64,000 nucleotides of DNA from a virus (lineage: Duplodnaviria > Heunggongvirae > Uroviricota > Caudoviricetes), in the IMG/VR virus record IMGVR_UViG_3300037312_000757. The stretch is one strand, 5' to 3'. The notes beneath the pieces were generated by a model, which was given only the letters and a program-made list of their open reading frames with translations, had not been told where the DNA came from and made no database searches. Position 1 is the stretch's first letter. Each line of letters opens with the position of its first letter. Position numbers and translations under genes: made by a program. Positions 8,375-17,804 of this stretch are shown here, in pieces.

Positions 8375-8689
8375 TTAATTTCCGTATGCCAACTTAAAGA
8401 TGGCTGCGGTTTCTTTATCATTAAAGAACCACGAACATGGCCCACCAAAGATGTTGGTGCAATAATATGCACCATCTTGGGCATTTTCGAATACCCATTC
8501 TTCCATTTCTTCAGTATGACCGGTGTCTGTTTTTACTTCATAAAAACATTCGCATTGCCGCAAATAAGCAGTGCAAACGTTCATGCTTTTCATTTCAACC
8601 ATCACTCGGGTGAAATAGTCTCGAACCATTTCACCCTCATGTGGCTTAATTGAAGGACCAATGTCCTTCAGTCCAGCCATTGTCCACAT
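8375..8689 (-). CDS. hypothetical protein
   Basis: ORF immediately after the polymerase; F....A..FKL C-terminal motif common in small phage proteins. Confidence 0.6.
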   Translation of the reverse strand: MWTMAGLKDIGPSIKPHEGEMVRDYFTRVMVEMKSMNVCTAYLRQCECFYEVKTDTGHTEEMEEWVFENAQDGAYYCTNIFGGPCSWFFNDKETAAIFKLAYGN

Positions 8690-8692
8690 ATA

Positions 8693-11680
8693 TCACCAAG
8701 TAAAGAGATCGTTTGACAAATCGTCGTTTGCTTGTGCCAAGTCCCAGTTCAACACTCCCAAGAGGTTCTTGAGCTTCGCATCAATGATGGTGTCTTCCAT
8801 CGTTGTGTGATCGAACGGCAAATCCTTAAACCACTGTGGCAAATGTGGCTCGTCGATTGGATACGCGACTGCGTTCATACCAAGAGGGTTAGGCTTCAGC
8901 TTACAAACGATAGTCTTCGCACCGTCTGTGATACGCATTGAGAACATGTCATTGTGCATCTTGCAAAGCTTGTTCCAGTTCAAACCAGCACGAGCCTGTC
9001 CTGGCATGTTGACCTTGCTCTTAGTGCCAACCTTCAACTTGCGGAAGTCACCACTCACATCAGCTGCTTCTGCTTCTCGTTCCGTGTAATCAGTCAAGCC
9101 GTTAACACGCTTTGGTGTTCCCTTTTCCCAACCTGGTCTGTCGCGAAATTCACGGCGGAACTTGCGGATCATATCGAAGATCTGATCCTGTGTTGAGCCA
9201 GTCAGCAACTTCATCAGCACATCTTCCAAGAAGTCTTGCATGAACTGAGGGGTATCCGAACGCTTCAGGTCAAGACCCATCACCTTCAGCTTACCAGGTT
9301 CACCATCCACGTCGTAGCGCTGATTATCCTTGTCATACATCAGTACCGCATACTTCTTCTTCTTGATGAAGAGACCCTTCGAAGCAACCAGTTCTCGACC
9401 GGCAGCAATAATACTGCCACGTTCCAAACCAGTGTTGAATGCTTTGTTCATGAATTCAGGAAAGCTTGCATTCACTTCTTCACCAATACCATCGTACAGC
9501 TTGATGATATTGTCACGTGTGAACTCGAAGTCTGCAAATTGTGGATCGTTTGCCCATACCTTCTTCGCTGAGAAGTAAGATGAGTCCGTATCCGCGTAAA
9601 TGATCGCTTCGCCCTTATAGTCATACTCACCAGTAATGATCTCATTGATCTTACTGTTCATGTGACGTGCAATGCTTCGACCTGTCAGCGTAACTGACTG
9701 TCCAACGCGCTTGTCGTAGAACTTCATTGATTCATTCAACAAAGCGCCGTACAGTGAGTTCAGCAAAATCTTACGTGCTTGTTGACGCTGATTCCAGAAC
9801 GCCTTCAGGAATTTTGCGTTGTCCTTGTCAACCGCATAAATGTTGTCGCCTTCCAAACGGAAGTTGTATGACACCATGATTTCAGCCACAAGCGGTGCAT
9901 TCTTCGCACGCAGAGCCTTAATGAACTTACCAACATCCACTTCACTCTTCTGTGCTTTTGCCAATTCAGCTTCGAGTTGGGCAATAAACGCGCTTGGATC
10001 TGCGCCATCAAACAGCTTAGTGATTGTTTCATGGTCATCAGTTACGTGAGCATATGTTGTTTCACGCGCCTGCATTTCCTTACGTTGTGAGTACCAGTTC
10101 GCAAGCAGCGACGGAATGATACCAGCCACGTCTGTGCGGAAAATAGTACCGTTTGCCGTGATACACAATGGACGATCTTCATGGAAAATGTAGTCATTGA
10201 GTTCATCTGCACGGAAAGTACGAGTGGTACCATCTTCAAAGTCAACAACGATCTGATTCTTGTTACGGGCCATCACGTGTTCATACTCAAGAGTACAGAA
10301 CACACCTTCCCACAAGTCTGACTTTGCAACACCATCAGCAATACGCTGCTGAATCATTGCTTCAGTCTCCATAGGACGAATATGGCCGATCAGAGTCTCA
10401 GGACTCATGTTCAATGCACGCAGCGTGGACGGATACAGTGAGTTAATGTCACAGCAACCAATTTCCTCTTGAAGACCAGTCTTTGGCTTAGCCACGTAAG
10501 CACCAACCGCGTTCTTCTTTACGTTGCCACCACCACCTTCTTCGTCATCCTCATCATCGTAGTCGTCTTCATCTTCTTCCTCGACCACTTCTGCCTTACG
10601 ATCTGGCACAACCATGCCACGATCATGTGCTTCGTTGATGATAGACTGCTCGATCAGCGCCACTGAACCCATAGTAGTTTTCAGCAGAACGGTGTTGGTA
10701 TGAGCAATCTGGTTCGCAAGTTCGATGAATCGCTTCTTCTTGTCGATCTTGACTAGCAGCATCGTATCCTGACGGTTATACTCGATGAACTTGTGGAAGT
10801 CTTTCTTGTACAAATCGTCAAGTGTGCCCTCATATGGCACCTTATTTTCCTTCACTTCAATCTCACCCACGAAGTCCAGTCGGTATGAGTGCAACTGTTG
10901 TGGGTTGTGCTTCTGGTACAGTTCCAAGTAGTCAAGGTGAGCGCGCCCAACCAGGTCGTATGTTACCGACTTCTTCTTGAACTTGATGTACTCACGGCGC
11001 TTTGGAGCCTGGTTCCACAAGCAGAAGCGTCGTGCTTCATCTTTACCGATCACACGAATGATGCGGTTAACCAGGTATGGAATATCGAAGCCTGTTGAGT
11101 TCCAACCAGACAAAACGTCTGAGTCTTCGATGATGTCCAGGAAGCTTTTCAGCAACGCTGTTTCGTCATCGAACAGGAATGTGTCTTCAAACTTCTCTGT
11201 GACCTTCTCCGCCTCATCCAATGTCATGGTTGGAGGACATAACACCAGAGTGATCAGCTTATTGATGTGGCTGAGATAACAAGTAATAGCTGTTACCTCG
11301 TTGAACGGGTCTTCGGTAGGTGCAAAACCACGTGTTGGGTGGAATGCGACCTCAATGTCGAAGAAGCACAAGTTCAATGCAGGAGCTTCAACACCACGGT
11401 AAGTCTGTTCCAAGCAGCGGAACACCGGGTTAATATCGCTCTCAAACAGTCGCTTCGTACGTTGCACCAACATCTTCTCACGCATGAACGCTTTGTGCGA
11501 ACCTGTGGAGAACATGTTGCAGATGTCACCGTAAATGCTTTTGTATTTGCCTCGTGGATCCGGGTAGTAGAACAGATAATTGGCTGGGTGATCAGTGTAC
11601 ACCCGATTGCCATTTTCATCTCGCCCAACTACATGGATCACATCTTTTTCTTTATTGTAAATCGCGTCGATGTAGCTCAT
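8693..11680 (-). CDS. family B DNA polymerase (gp43-like) with 3'-5' exonuclease
   Basis: Exo motifs FFDIEV, GWNSTGFDIPY, YNRQD; polymerase motifs DINSLYPS, KILLNSLYG, YADTDS, KKKYA. Confidence 0.97.
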   Translation of the reverse strand: MSYIDAIYNKEKDVIHVVGRDENGNRVYTDHPANYLFYYPDPRGKYKSIYGDICNMFSTGSHKAFMREKMLVQRTKRLFESDINPVFRCLEQTYRGVEAPALNLCFFDIEVAFHPTRGFAPTEDPFNEVTAITCYLSHINKLITLVLCPPTMTLDEAEKVTEKFEDTFLFDDETALLKSFLDIIEDSDVLSGWNSTGFDIPYLVNRIIRVIGKDEARRFCLWNQAPKRREYIKFKKKSVTYDLVGRAHLDYLELYQKHNPQQLHSYRLDFVGEIEVKENKVPYEGTLDDLYKKDFHKFIEYNRQDTMLLVKIDKKKRFIELANQIAHTNTVLLKTTMGSVALIEQSIINEAHDRGMVVPDRKAEVVEEEDEDDYDDEDDEEGGGGNVKKNAVGAYVAKPKTGLQEEIGCCDINSLYPSTLRALNMSPETLIGHIRPMETEAMIQQRIADGVAKSDLWEGVFCTLEYEHVMARNKNQIVVDFEDGTTRTFRADELNDYIFHEDRPLCITANGTIFRTDVAGIIPSLLANWYSQRKEMQARETTYAHVTDDHETITKLFDGADPSAFIAQLEAELAKAQKSEVDVGKFIKALRAKNAPLVAEIMVSYNFRLEGDNIYAVDKDNAKFLKAFWNQRQQARKILLNSLYGALLNESMKFYDKRVGQSVTLTGRSIARHMNSKINEIITGEYDYKGEAIIYADTDSSYFSAKKVWANDPQFADFEFTRDNIIKLYDGIGEEVNASFPEFMNKAFNTGLERGSIIAAGRELVASKGLFIKKKKYAVLMYDKDNQRYDVDGEPGKLKVMGLDLKRSDTPQFMQDFLEDVLMKLLTGSTQDQIFDMIRKFRREFRDRPGWEKGTPKRVNGLTDYTEREAEAADVSGDFRKLKVGTKSKVNMPGQARAGLNWNKLCKMHNDMFSMRITDGAKTIVCKLKPNPLGMNAVAYPIDEPHLPQWFKDLPFDHTTMEDTIIDAKLKNLLGVLNWDLAQANDDLSNDLFTW

Positions 11681-11684
11681 TGGA

Positions 11685-12002
11685 TTATTTCAGAAATGCC
11701 ATAATCGTATCAAAGACATGGTACTTGATGCACAAATGCACCATACCAATGAGGTCGATTGATACGAAATATAAGTTGAGTATAACCCAGAACCCATTAT
11801 TGCGCAAATAGCTGGCAATAATCAGGCAAGTGCTGCCAATGATATAAGACAGGTAGATGAAAAAGAATGGCGGATTTGGAACTGTGAGTGCCAATGTACC
11901 GGCAGCAATCATGCCACCTGCAATACCAACTAGCTCAAGCCAGAACAGGACTGGGTTCGTCTTGAAGTCCTTGATCCAGTTGTCAATGATGCCTTTGAAC
12001 AA
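11685..12002 (-). CDS. small membrane protein (about 3 TM)
   Basis: Three hydrophobic stretches; tightly packed upstream of the polymerase. Confidence 0.65.
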   Translation of the reverse strand: MFKGIIDNWIKDFKTNPVLFWLELVGIAGGMIAAGTLALTVPNPPFFFIYLSYIIGSTCLIIASYLRNNGFWVILNLYFVSIDLIGMVHLCIKYHVFDTIMAFLK

Positions 12003-12074
12003 AATGTATCTCCAAGAACGAGCCCCGAAATTCGGGGCTCGTATTTATGTCTGATTCAGACAGTAAGGCACTGA

Positions 12075-12329
12075 TTAGGCGCGACCTGCAACGCGGAGAA
12101 CTTCTTCCAGGTTCTCAACGTCTTCTTGCACTTCCTGAAGGTTACCCTTCTTGGCAACGCGCAATGCTTGCTTAATCACCTTTGGTGAACAACCAATTTC
12201 TTCTGCAACTTTCTTGATTGTATCGTTCAGGCCACCACGCAGATCCGCAATTTCTTCCTCAATCAGAAGACCCTTCTCAATGAGATCGTTAATCTTGATT
12301 TTGTCGTCAGCTGTGAGTTTCATAACCAC
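12075..12329 (-). CDS. T4 DsbA-like dsDNA-binding protein
   Basis: About 80 aa helical protein with the E.I.DL...L.D.IK..AEE.G.SPK.I...L pattern; sigma70-like TTGACA-N18-TAAACT upstream. Confidence 0.6.
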   Translation of the reverse strand: MVMKLTADDKIKINDLIEKGLLIEEEIADLRGGLNDTIKKVAEEIGCSPKVIKQALRVAKKGNLQEVQEDVENLEEVLRVAGRA

Positions 12330-12391
12330 TTCCTTTGTTATTGTTATTATGTGGTGTAGTTTAATTTGTATGAGTGAGGTGTGTCAAAATA

Positions 12392-13423
12392 TTAGTTCTT
12401 GAAGATGCCTTTCCGCACTCCCTGATCTACCAATTGTTGAGAAGCCAAATTCTTACTCTTCGCTTCCACTTCAATATCCATCCAACTAGCATGAGAAAGT
12501 GCCCAATCATTAGCTGCTATGTTCCAGCAACCATCACTATGAGCCCTAATGTCCCTGATGGTTTTCTTCTGATCCCGTAATGCCTTAAAGTCAGGCAACT
12601 TGTCTTCGGGATATCCCACCATGAGACTATTCGATGACACCGAATAATGTCCAAGAGGACGTACACCACGCCAACTATCCTTCACGTATTGGATACGCGG
12701 ATCGTCCGGAGTGATATACTGTCCCTCACTGTACACCCATTCGTGGTGTATATCGAGTACCAGTGCAATATGTTCTGCCAGAGGCTCAACATCACTCAGT
12801 CCAAAGCCAATTTCATCATTCTCGATTGTCAGGAGGTTGCGGGCGTCTTCACTGAGACTGCGAAACCCAGAGAGAAGTCCTTGAATTCCGCCAGCCTTGC
12901 TACCAACGTGAATGTTGATAGCCGCACCATGAGGGTGCCATCCGCCCGTATAACCCATCAGACGCATCATTTCAACATGGTACTCAAGCTCCTCGATTGC
13001 TCGAGCTTGAGTAATCTCGCTAACTGAATTCAGTACACAATACTGACCAGGGTGAAATGAGAGTCTGACTCCTGCTTTTCGTGCAGCTTCCCCAATTTCT
13101 GCAAACTTGGCTTCCACTACACTACGAATAACCGGTTCATCATAAGCCCAGCGTGCCACTTCATGCGTATATGCAGGAAGCAGCTCTGAGCCTAAGCGAA
13201 GCAGTCGTTGATGCCTGGGTAGCGTTCCTACCCAGTTAACTAGATTCTTGGTGGAATCCAAATTGTGATTCACCAGACCCAGCAGTTTGTCAATCAGCTT
13301 GGAATCGTTGAGTCGTGACAGGCAAGCGATGGTTGTGGTCTTGTGGTTCATGAGTTCTTCAGCGTCATTGTCACTTGAAGGGCTAACCCATTTGCAGCAA
13401 AAACCAATCTTACCGTCAGTCAT
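12392..13423 (-). CDS. uvsE: UV DNA damage endonuclease (UvsE/UVDE)
   Basis: IGFCC, LRLGSELLP, RLSFHPGQY.VL, NIHVG, LTIENDE, LVLDIHH, AHSD, EVEAK.K. Confidence 0.93.
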   Translation of the reverse strand: MTDGKIGFCCKWVSPSSDNDAEELMNHKTTTIACLSRLNDSKLIDKLLGLVNHNLDSTKNLVNWVGTLPRHQRLLRLGSELLPAYTHEVARWAYDEPVIRSVVEAKFAEIGEAARKAGVRLSFHPGQYCVLNSVSEITQARAIEELEYHVEMMRLMGYTGGWHPHGAAINIHVGSKAGGIQGLLSGFRSLSEDARNLLTIENDEIGFGLSDVEPLAEHIALVLDIHHEWVYSEGQYITPDDPRIQYVKDSWRGVRPLGHYSVSSNSLMVGYPEDKLPDFKALRDQKKTIRDIRAHSDGCWNIAANDWALSHASWMDIEVEAKSKNLASQQLVDQGVRKGIFKN

Positions 13424-13544
13424 AAGTCCAAATTCCTAAGTATGCCACATTATAGTTTTGAGAAACTTGGCATTGCAATAAATCCCCGATCACAAATCAA
13501 TCGGGGATTTCGTTATTTAGAAACTTTGGAATTAACTGCGCAGA

Positions 13545-14423
13545 TTACCACGGATTTCGGTTTCGACCGAATGGGTGGTCGAGCATTTGTTTGAGATCGA
13601 CTTCAGCTTGACGCTGTTCAACATGAGCGCGGATCAATCGCTCAAGCTTTTTGTGCTTGAATTGGTTACCATCTTCATCAACAAAGAAGATAGGATCACC
13701 TTCACGCCAACGATAGGCTTGTTTGATGAGATGCTCCAACGTAGTTTCATCTACGTCAGAGATTTCTCGATCTTCATCTTTTGGACGATTGCCGACTTCA
13801 TCCAATTCTTCGTCGTCAGCAATGCAACATTCGTCGTATTCGTCCCACTCTTCATCTACTAACTCGGAATAGTCTTCACCATCATCTTCGTCGTCATCAA
13901 AAGAATTACTTTTTGTGTTTAGGCTTTCTAGCTTTTTTTTAGCGCTGGTAAGCTCAGATTGAGCCTTGGCAAGGGCGGCTTCTGCCTCCTTCTTCCGGTG
14001 CTCTGCTTCTTGAATGTGCTTTGGAGGACGCTCTGGATCGTATGGCGTTAGATTGACGATGAGCTCGGAAAACTTCAACTTGAACAACATCATTTCTGAT
14101 TCATCTTGGAAGTAAAACTGTTCGTGGTCCCAGTTTACTTCTCGGGTATCCCAGTCCCAACGATGTGAACCCTTGGGCATGTAGTAATACGTGCTGTAGT
14201 TGATGCGTTTCACATCGTGAATTACCACGTCGTCGCAACTGTCCTTAACGAACTTGCGAATCTCGATCTTCTCTTTGGGTGTAAGCTTGTCCGATCTAAT
14301 GTACAGGACGTGAGGGTAGGTGGTGCTTGGTAGTTCGACGTTGCCCTTGAAGTCGACATCAACGTCGTACCAGTCAAGACCAAGTCCAACCTTCATCTCT
14401 TTGAGAGTTAATAGTTGACCCAT
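13545..14423 (-). CDS. hypothetical protein with coiled-coil and acidic tract
   Basis: Start MGQLLT (14423) with AAGGAA RBS; D/E-rich segment. Confidence 0.75.
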   Translation of the reverse strand: MGQLLTLKEMKVGLGLDWYDVDVDFKGNVELPSTTYPHVLYIRSDKLTPKEKIEIRKFVKDSCDDVVIHDVKRINYSTYYYMPKGSHRWDWDTREVNWDHEQFYFQDESEMMLFKLKFSELIVNLTPYDPERPPKHIQEAEHRKKEAEAALAKAQSELTSAKKKLESLNTKSNSFDDDEDDGEDYSELVDEEWDEYDECCIADDEELDEVGNRPKDEDREISDVDETTLEHLIKQAYRWREGDPIFFVDEDGNQFKHKKLERLIRAHVEQRQAEVDLKQMLDHPFGRNRNPW

Positions 14424-14494
14424 GACGCATTCCTTTGCGTTCTTATTATGATTGAAGCCCCGGACTAGCCGGGGCACCTACTGCTTTGAAGCTT

Positions 14495-15874
14495 TTACAG
14501 CTTTTCACCAGGCTGCGTGCCGCGGAAGCCCTTCACACGTGGGAACCGCAGTGACCAGATGTCATTGCTGTTCTGTTCCTTCGTGAAACAGTCAGCTTTC
14601 ACTTCGAGAATGAAACCCATTTTGTTCATGCGATCACGCCAGACTTCATCTCGATCTTCATCTGACCAGCCCGTACCAACATTGCTGATCACGTGTCGCC
14701 CGCCTGTTTCTTCGCAGGGCAGTGTCTCGCAGATTACCGCGCCCAGCTTGCCGACGTTCTTGCCAGTTCCTTCTTCGAAGCCAATGATCGTCATCGAAAG
14801 TTCGATGAATGGCTTGATCTTCAGCCACGACGCAGTGCGCTTCGTTTCGTACGGAGCTTCAGGGTCCTTGACCATGATGCCTTCGTAACCAGCTTTCACG
14901 GTTTCGGCGTTGAATTCCTTGAACTGCTTCTGGCCTTCAGGGGTATTGAGATCGACCGTGATCTTCGGGATCACGTACACTGATCCTTGCGTATGCTGTT
15001 GGAACGCACCCATGAAACTACTCAGGACCGTATGGCGATCCTTCTGCTTCATCGAACACTTGCCCTTCTTGAAGTCTGCCAGTGGCACAATGTCGAACAG
15101 TGCCAACTTTGAGCTGTCTGACTTCACTTCCTTCGTGTTGACCATCTTCATAAGGTCTTGGAAGGATTTTGCCACGATCTCGCCGTCAAGCACCATACTC
15201 GTCGGTAGTAGATCGAGGAAGGGTTCCAGTGCTTTCGTGATGTGAGGGAAGTTTGTGTTCACCTTCCCGTTACGAGTGTACTGGGTGACCGTGCGCTCAT
15301 CCTTGTCGATGATCGTCAGCAAGCGAACGCCGTCCAGCTTGGGGTCGAGCATCTTCTTGCCCGACACCTTCTTGACGTTTGCCGGATCATTACCGTCCTT
15401 CGCCAGCTGGCAGCCGAAAACAGGCACGATGTAGTCAAGAGCCGTTTTGTCGCTCTTCGACAGCTTCTCGAGCATCTTGTTGACCGTCGAGTCGCTGATG
15501 CCAGCACGCAAGTCCTTCAGCAGCACGCGACGGTAGAATTCGTTCCACACGTCGAAATCGCTCTTGAGCGCTGCTTCGTTAAGCGCATCACGCGCCGCGT
15601 TGCCGCTCAGTTCGCGAACACCGTTCTTCTTTTGCAGTTTGCCGGCCAGCGCCTTGAAATCTGCAAACTTAAACGAACCAGGTTGCCCGTCATCTTCGGC
15701 GAGTTCAGGCACCTTCTTGACGCCAAAGCTGATGAGGATGTCATACGCGAGCTGACAGCCCACGAAAAAGTCCCGTTCACCGTTCATCCAGGCGTCTACG
15801 ATGAGCTGCTCTTTCTCGGTGCGGGAGGAGGTTGCCGCGAGATTTCGCAGCAAGGTAACGGTTTGTTGTGACAT
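14495..15874 (-). CDS. ATP-dependent DNA ligase
   Basis: Motif I PKLDGVR, VLDGEI, LFD, EGIMVK, WLKIKP, SLRFP. Confidence 0.96.
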   Translation of the reverse strand: MSQQTVTLLRNLAATSSRTEKEQLIVDAWMNGERDFFVGCQLAYDILISFGVKKVPELAEDDGQPGSFKFADFKALAGKLQKKNGVRELSGNAARDALNEAALKSDFDVWNEFYRRVLLKDLRAGISDSTVNKMLEKLSKSDKTALDYIVPVFGCQLAKDGNDPANVKKVSGKKMLDPKLDGVRLLTIIDKDERTVTQYTRNGKVNTNFPHITKALEPFLDLLPTSMVLDGEIVAKSFQDLMKMVNTKEVKSDSSKLALFDIVPLADFKKGKCSMKQKDRHTVLSSFMGAFQQHTQGSVYVIPKITVDLNTPEGQKQFKEFNAETVKAGYEGIMVKDPEAPYETKRTASWLKIKPFIELSMTIIGFEEGTGKNVGKLGAVICETLPCEETGGRHVISNVGTGWSDEDRDEVWRDRMNKMGFILEVKADCFTKEQNSNDIWSLRFPRVKGFRGTQPGEKL

Positions 15875-15945
15875 TCGCTCCTCATTATGAGTTAAATTAA
15901 CTCATATGATACGCGAAAATGGCGCCTAGTCAAGCGCCATTCATG

Positions 15946-16590
15946 TTAACGGATGTTACGTAGCAATTGAATAAGGCTACCGAGCTCTTCCTTACGGACG
16001 ACGGCGTAACCTTGATTGTTGAGGAAGTTGAGGAAATTTTCAGGACTGCCAGTATCGACATTCTTGTACTGGTCGGGGAGATCTGCCCAAGGACGTAGCA
16101 TTGGATGCGTCTTGTTGACAACGCTGATAGTTGGTCCGTATCTCCAACCCATTTCAACTTTGTCCTTCATCCAGTTCTCGTGTTGACGTTTCGCCAACTC
16201 TGAGCACAAACCCATGTACTCGTCGTGTGGCATTGTGATGTCAGCAACCTTGTCTTGGAGACGGTCGGCTTGGCTACTGTTTGAACGAACTGAATACTTA
16301 CCCGACGGGCAAACTTCAGTCCACTTGCGAGTGATAGTCTCAACCTCATCGGGCAAGAGATCACGTGTGATCGGAACGATTAGTGATGTTTCGCCATCTT
16401 CATTGCGACGAACCATTCGATATGATGCGGGTTTACCACCCAGACCGACCATATCGATACTTGAAAGCACGCCTTGAGGTGCCGTGTCCAAGACAGTTTT
16501 ATACCAGAGGCGAGCATCTTCCATTGAGATGTGATCTGGACTCACCAGCTTTACATAGCGAGGAATATCGATATTATTCATTCGTGTCAT
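15946..16590 (-). CDS. RyR-domain protein
   Basis: LAKRQHENWMKDKVEMGWRYGP...KTHPMLRPWADLP is the ryanodine-receptor repeat signature. Confidence 0.8.
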   Translation of the reverse strand: MTRMNNIDIPRYVKLVSPDHISMEDARLWYKTVLDTAPQGVLSSIDMVGLGGKPASYRMVRRNEDGETSLIVPITRDLLPDEVETITRKWTEVCPSGKYSVRSNSSQADRLQDKVADITMPHDEYMGLCSELAKRQHENWMKDKVEMGWRYGPTISVVNKTHPMLRPWADLPDQYKNVDTGSPENFLNFLNNQGYAVVRKEELGSLIQLLRNIR

Positions 16591-17143
16591 CCGGGTTCAC
16601 GATGTCAAGCTTTGGACCAGCCGAGACTGCATCTGTCTTCTGGGTGTTCACAGGCTGCGCACCACTCATTGGTGCGTATGGATGTGAATGTCCGCCGAAT
16701 TGACTACCGTAGTTGTTATATCCACCAAATTGTTGTTGCTGGTATGGTTGCGATGGAAAGCCACCATACCCGCCACCGTAACTACCACCAAAGCCGGGGT
16801 AGCCGGTGTTCATCATCATGGTCTTTTCTTGACCACGGGTATATGCTGCCACACCAAGGATTGCACCGAACGCAATGTGAAACATACCGTTACCTTGCAG
16901 AGTGAGCGGAACCCATACACGCGCTTGGCGCAATGTATGAAGAGCTTCAATCTGAGCGGCCGCATCTTTGAATTTCAAAGCCAGGTCAACCAATTGCTGG
17001 TTTGTGATGCTTTGATTGATCATTTCATAGATGACTGGCATGACACCGAAGTCCAGAACGCAGATGCCAAGATAGACAAATGCAGCGAGTGGACGCCAGA
17101 GTTCTTTCCAGAGAGGTTCTTTTCTGTGGTGGTGATGTGACAT
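16574..17143 (-). CDS. holin-like membrane protein (3TM/GTA holin family) with G/Y/Q-rich tail
   Basis: WRP...Y..IC..DF, W.PLTLQG.G.FH...GAILGV.A..RGQEK; TAAATA late motif upstream. Confidence 0.65.
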   Translation of the reverse strand: MSHHHHRKEPLWKELWRPLAAFVYLGICVLDFGVMPVIYEMINQSITNQQLVDLALKFKDAAAQIEALHTLRQARVWVPLTLQGNGMFHIAFGAILGVAAYTRGQEKTMMMNTGYPGFGGSYGGGYGGFPSQPYQQQQFGGYNNYGSQFGGHSHPYAPMSGAQPVNTQKTDAVSAGPKLDIVNPDDTNE

Positions 17144-17184
17144 AATACCAAGTATCGTCGTATATAGTTTACTTGGTATTTATT

Positions 17185-17709
17185 TCAAACGTATTGGAGA
17201 CCGAACGAAGACGAATCTAGGACACGCCAACCGTTGGCAGAATTGAAAAATACTAGATCAATCGTTGCATTTGCAGTTGAAACCAGTAAACTCTTTCCTG
17301 TTTGGCCCATAATAGTGGTGCCAGTAGGTGTAATAGTTAAATTGTTTGTTGAAAAGTAGCCAGTACCATCAACGATTGTGATACGGTCACCCAAATTTGG
17401 AGAAGCGGGTAAAGTTACCGTAATTGCACCAGATGTGGTATCAACCATGTAGTTTGTATTGATTGCAATAGTCTGGTTGGTCAAAACCACATCCCATTCT
17501 GGCAGAGGAGAAAGGGCTGTCCAAACGGACCCACTGTACTGCAATACCTTTGGCGTGGCTCCAGTTTTAATGAATAGATCGCCAACCTGAGGATTAGCGA
17601 TACCATCGGTTGATGCGCCTTGGTACAAAGTTGCGCCTTTCAAACCGATAGTAAAGCTACTAACAGATGTGCCTTTAATTTTTGCTACAGATGTCATGCC
17701 CTTCGCCAT
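17185..17709 (-). CDS. virion structural / fibre-associated protein
   Basis: Y.VDTTSGAITVTLPASP..GD.I.I.D beta module typical of tail fibre and baseplate proteins. Confidence 0.65.
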   Translation of the reverse strand: MAKGMTSVAKIKGTSVSSFTIGLKGATLYQGASTDGIANPQVGDLFIKTGATPKVLQYSGSVWTALSPLPEWDVVLTNQTIAINTNYMVDTTSGAITVTLPASPNLGDRITIVDGTGYFSTNNLTITPTGTTIMGQTGKSLLVSTANATIDLVFFNSANGWRVLDSSSFGLQYV

Positions 17710-17804
17710 TAAACTAGAGTTTTATTCTATTTAGTGAATGACGAAAACGCAAAATTCCATGAAGAATGGCACCACTAGGGTGCCATTCTAGCTTCTTGTA
17801 AGGA

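Noticed and set aside
8693-11680. Intein or intron in the DNA polymerase
   Set aside because: The inserts are short and lack C/S...HN splice motifs or LAGLIDADG signatures; the ORF is uninterrupted
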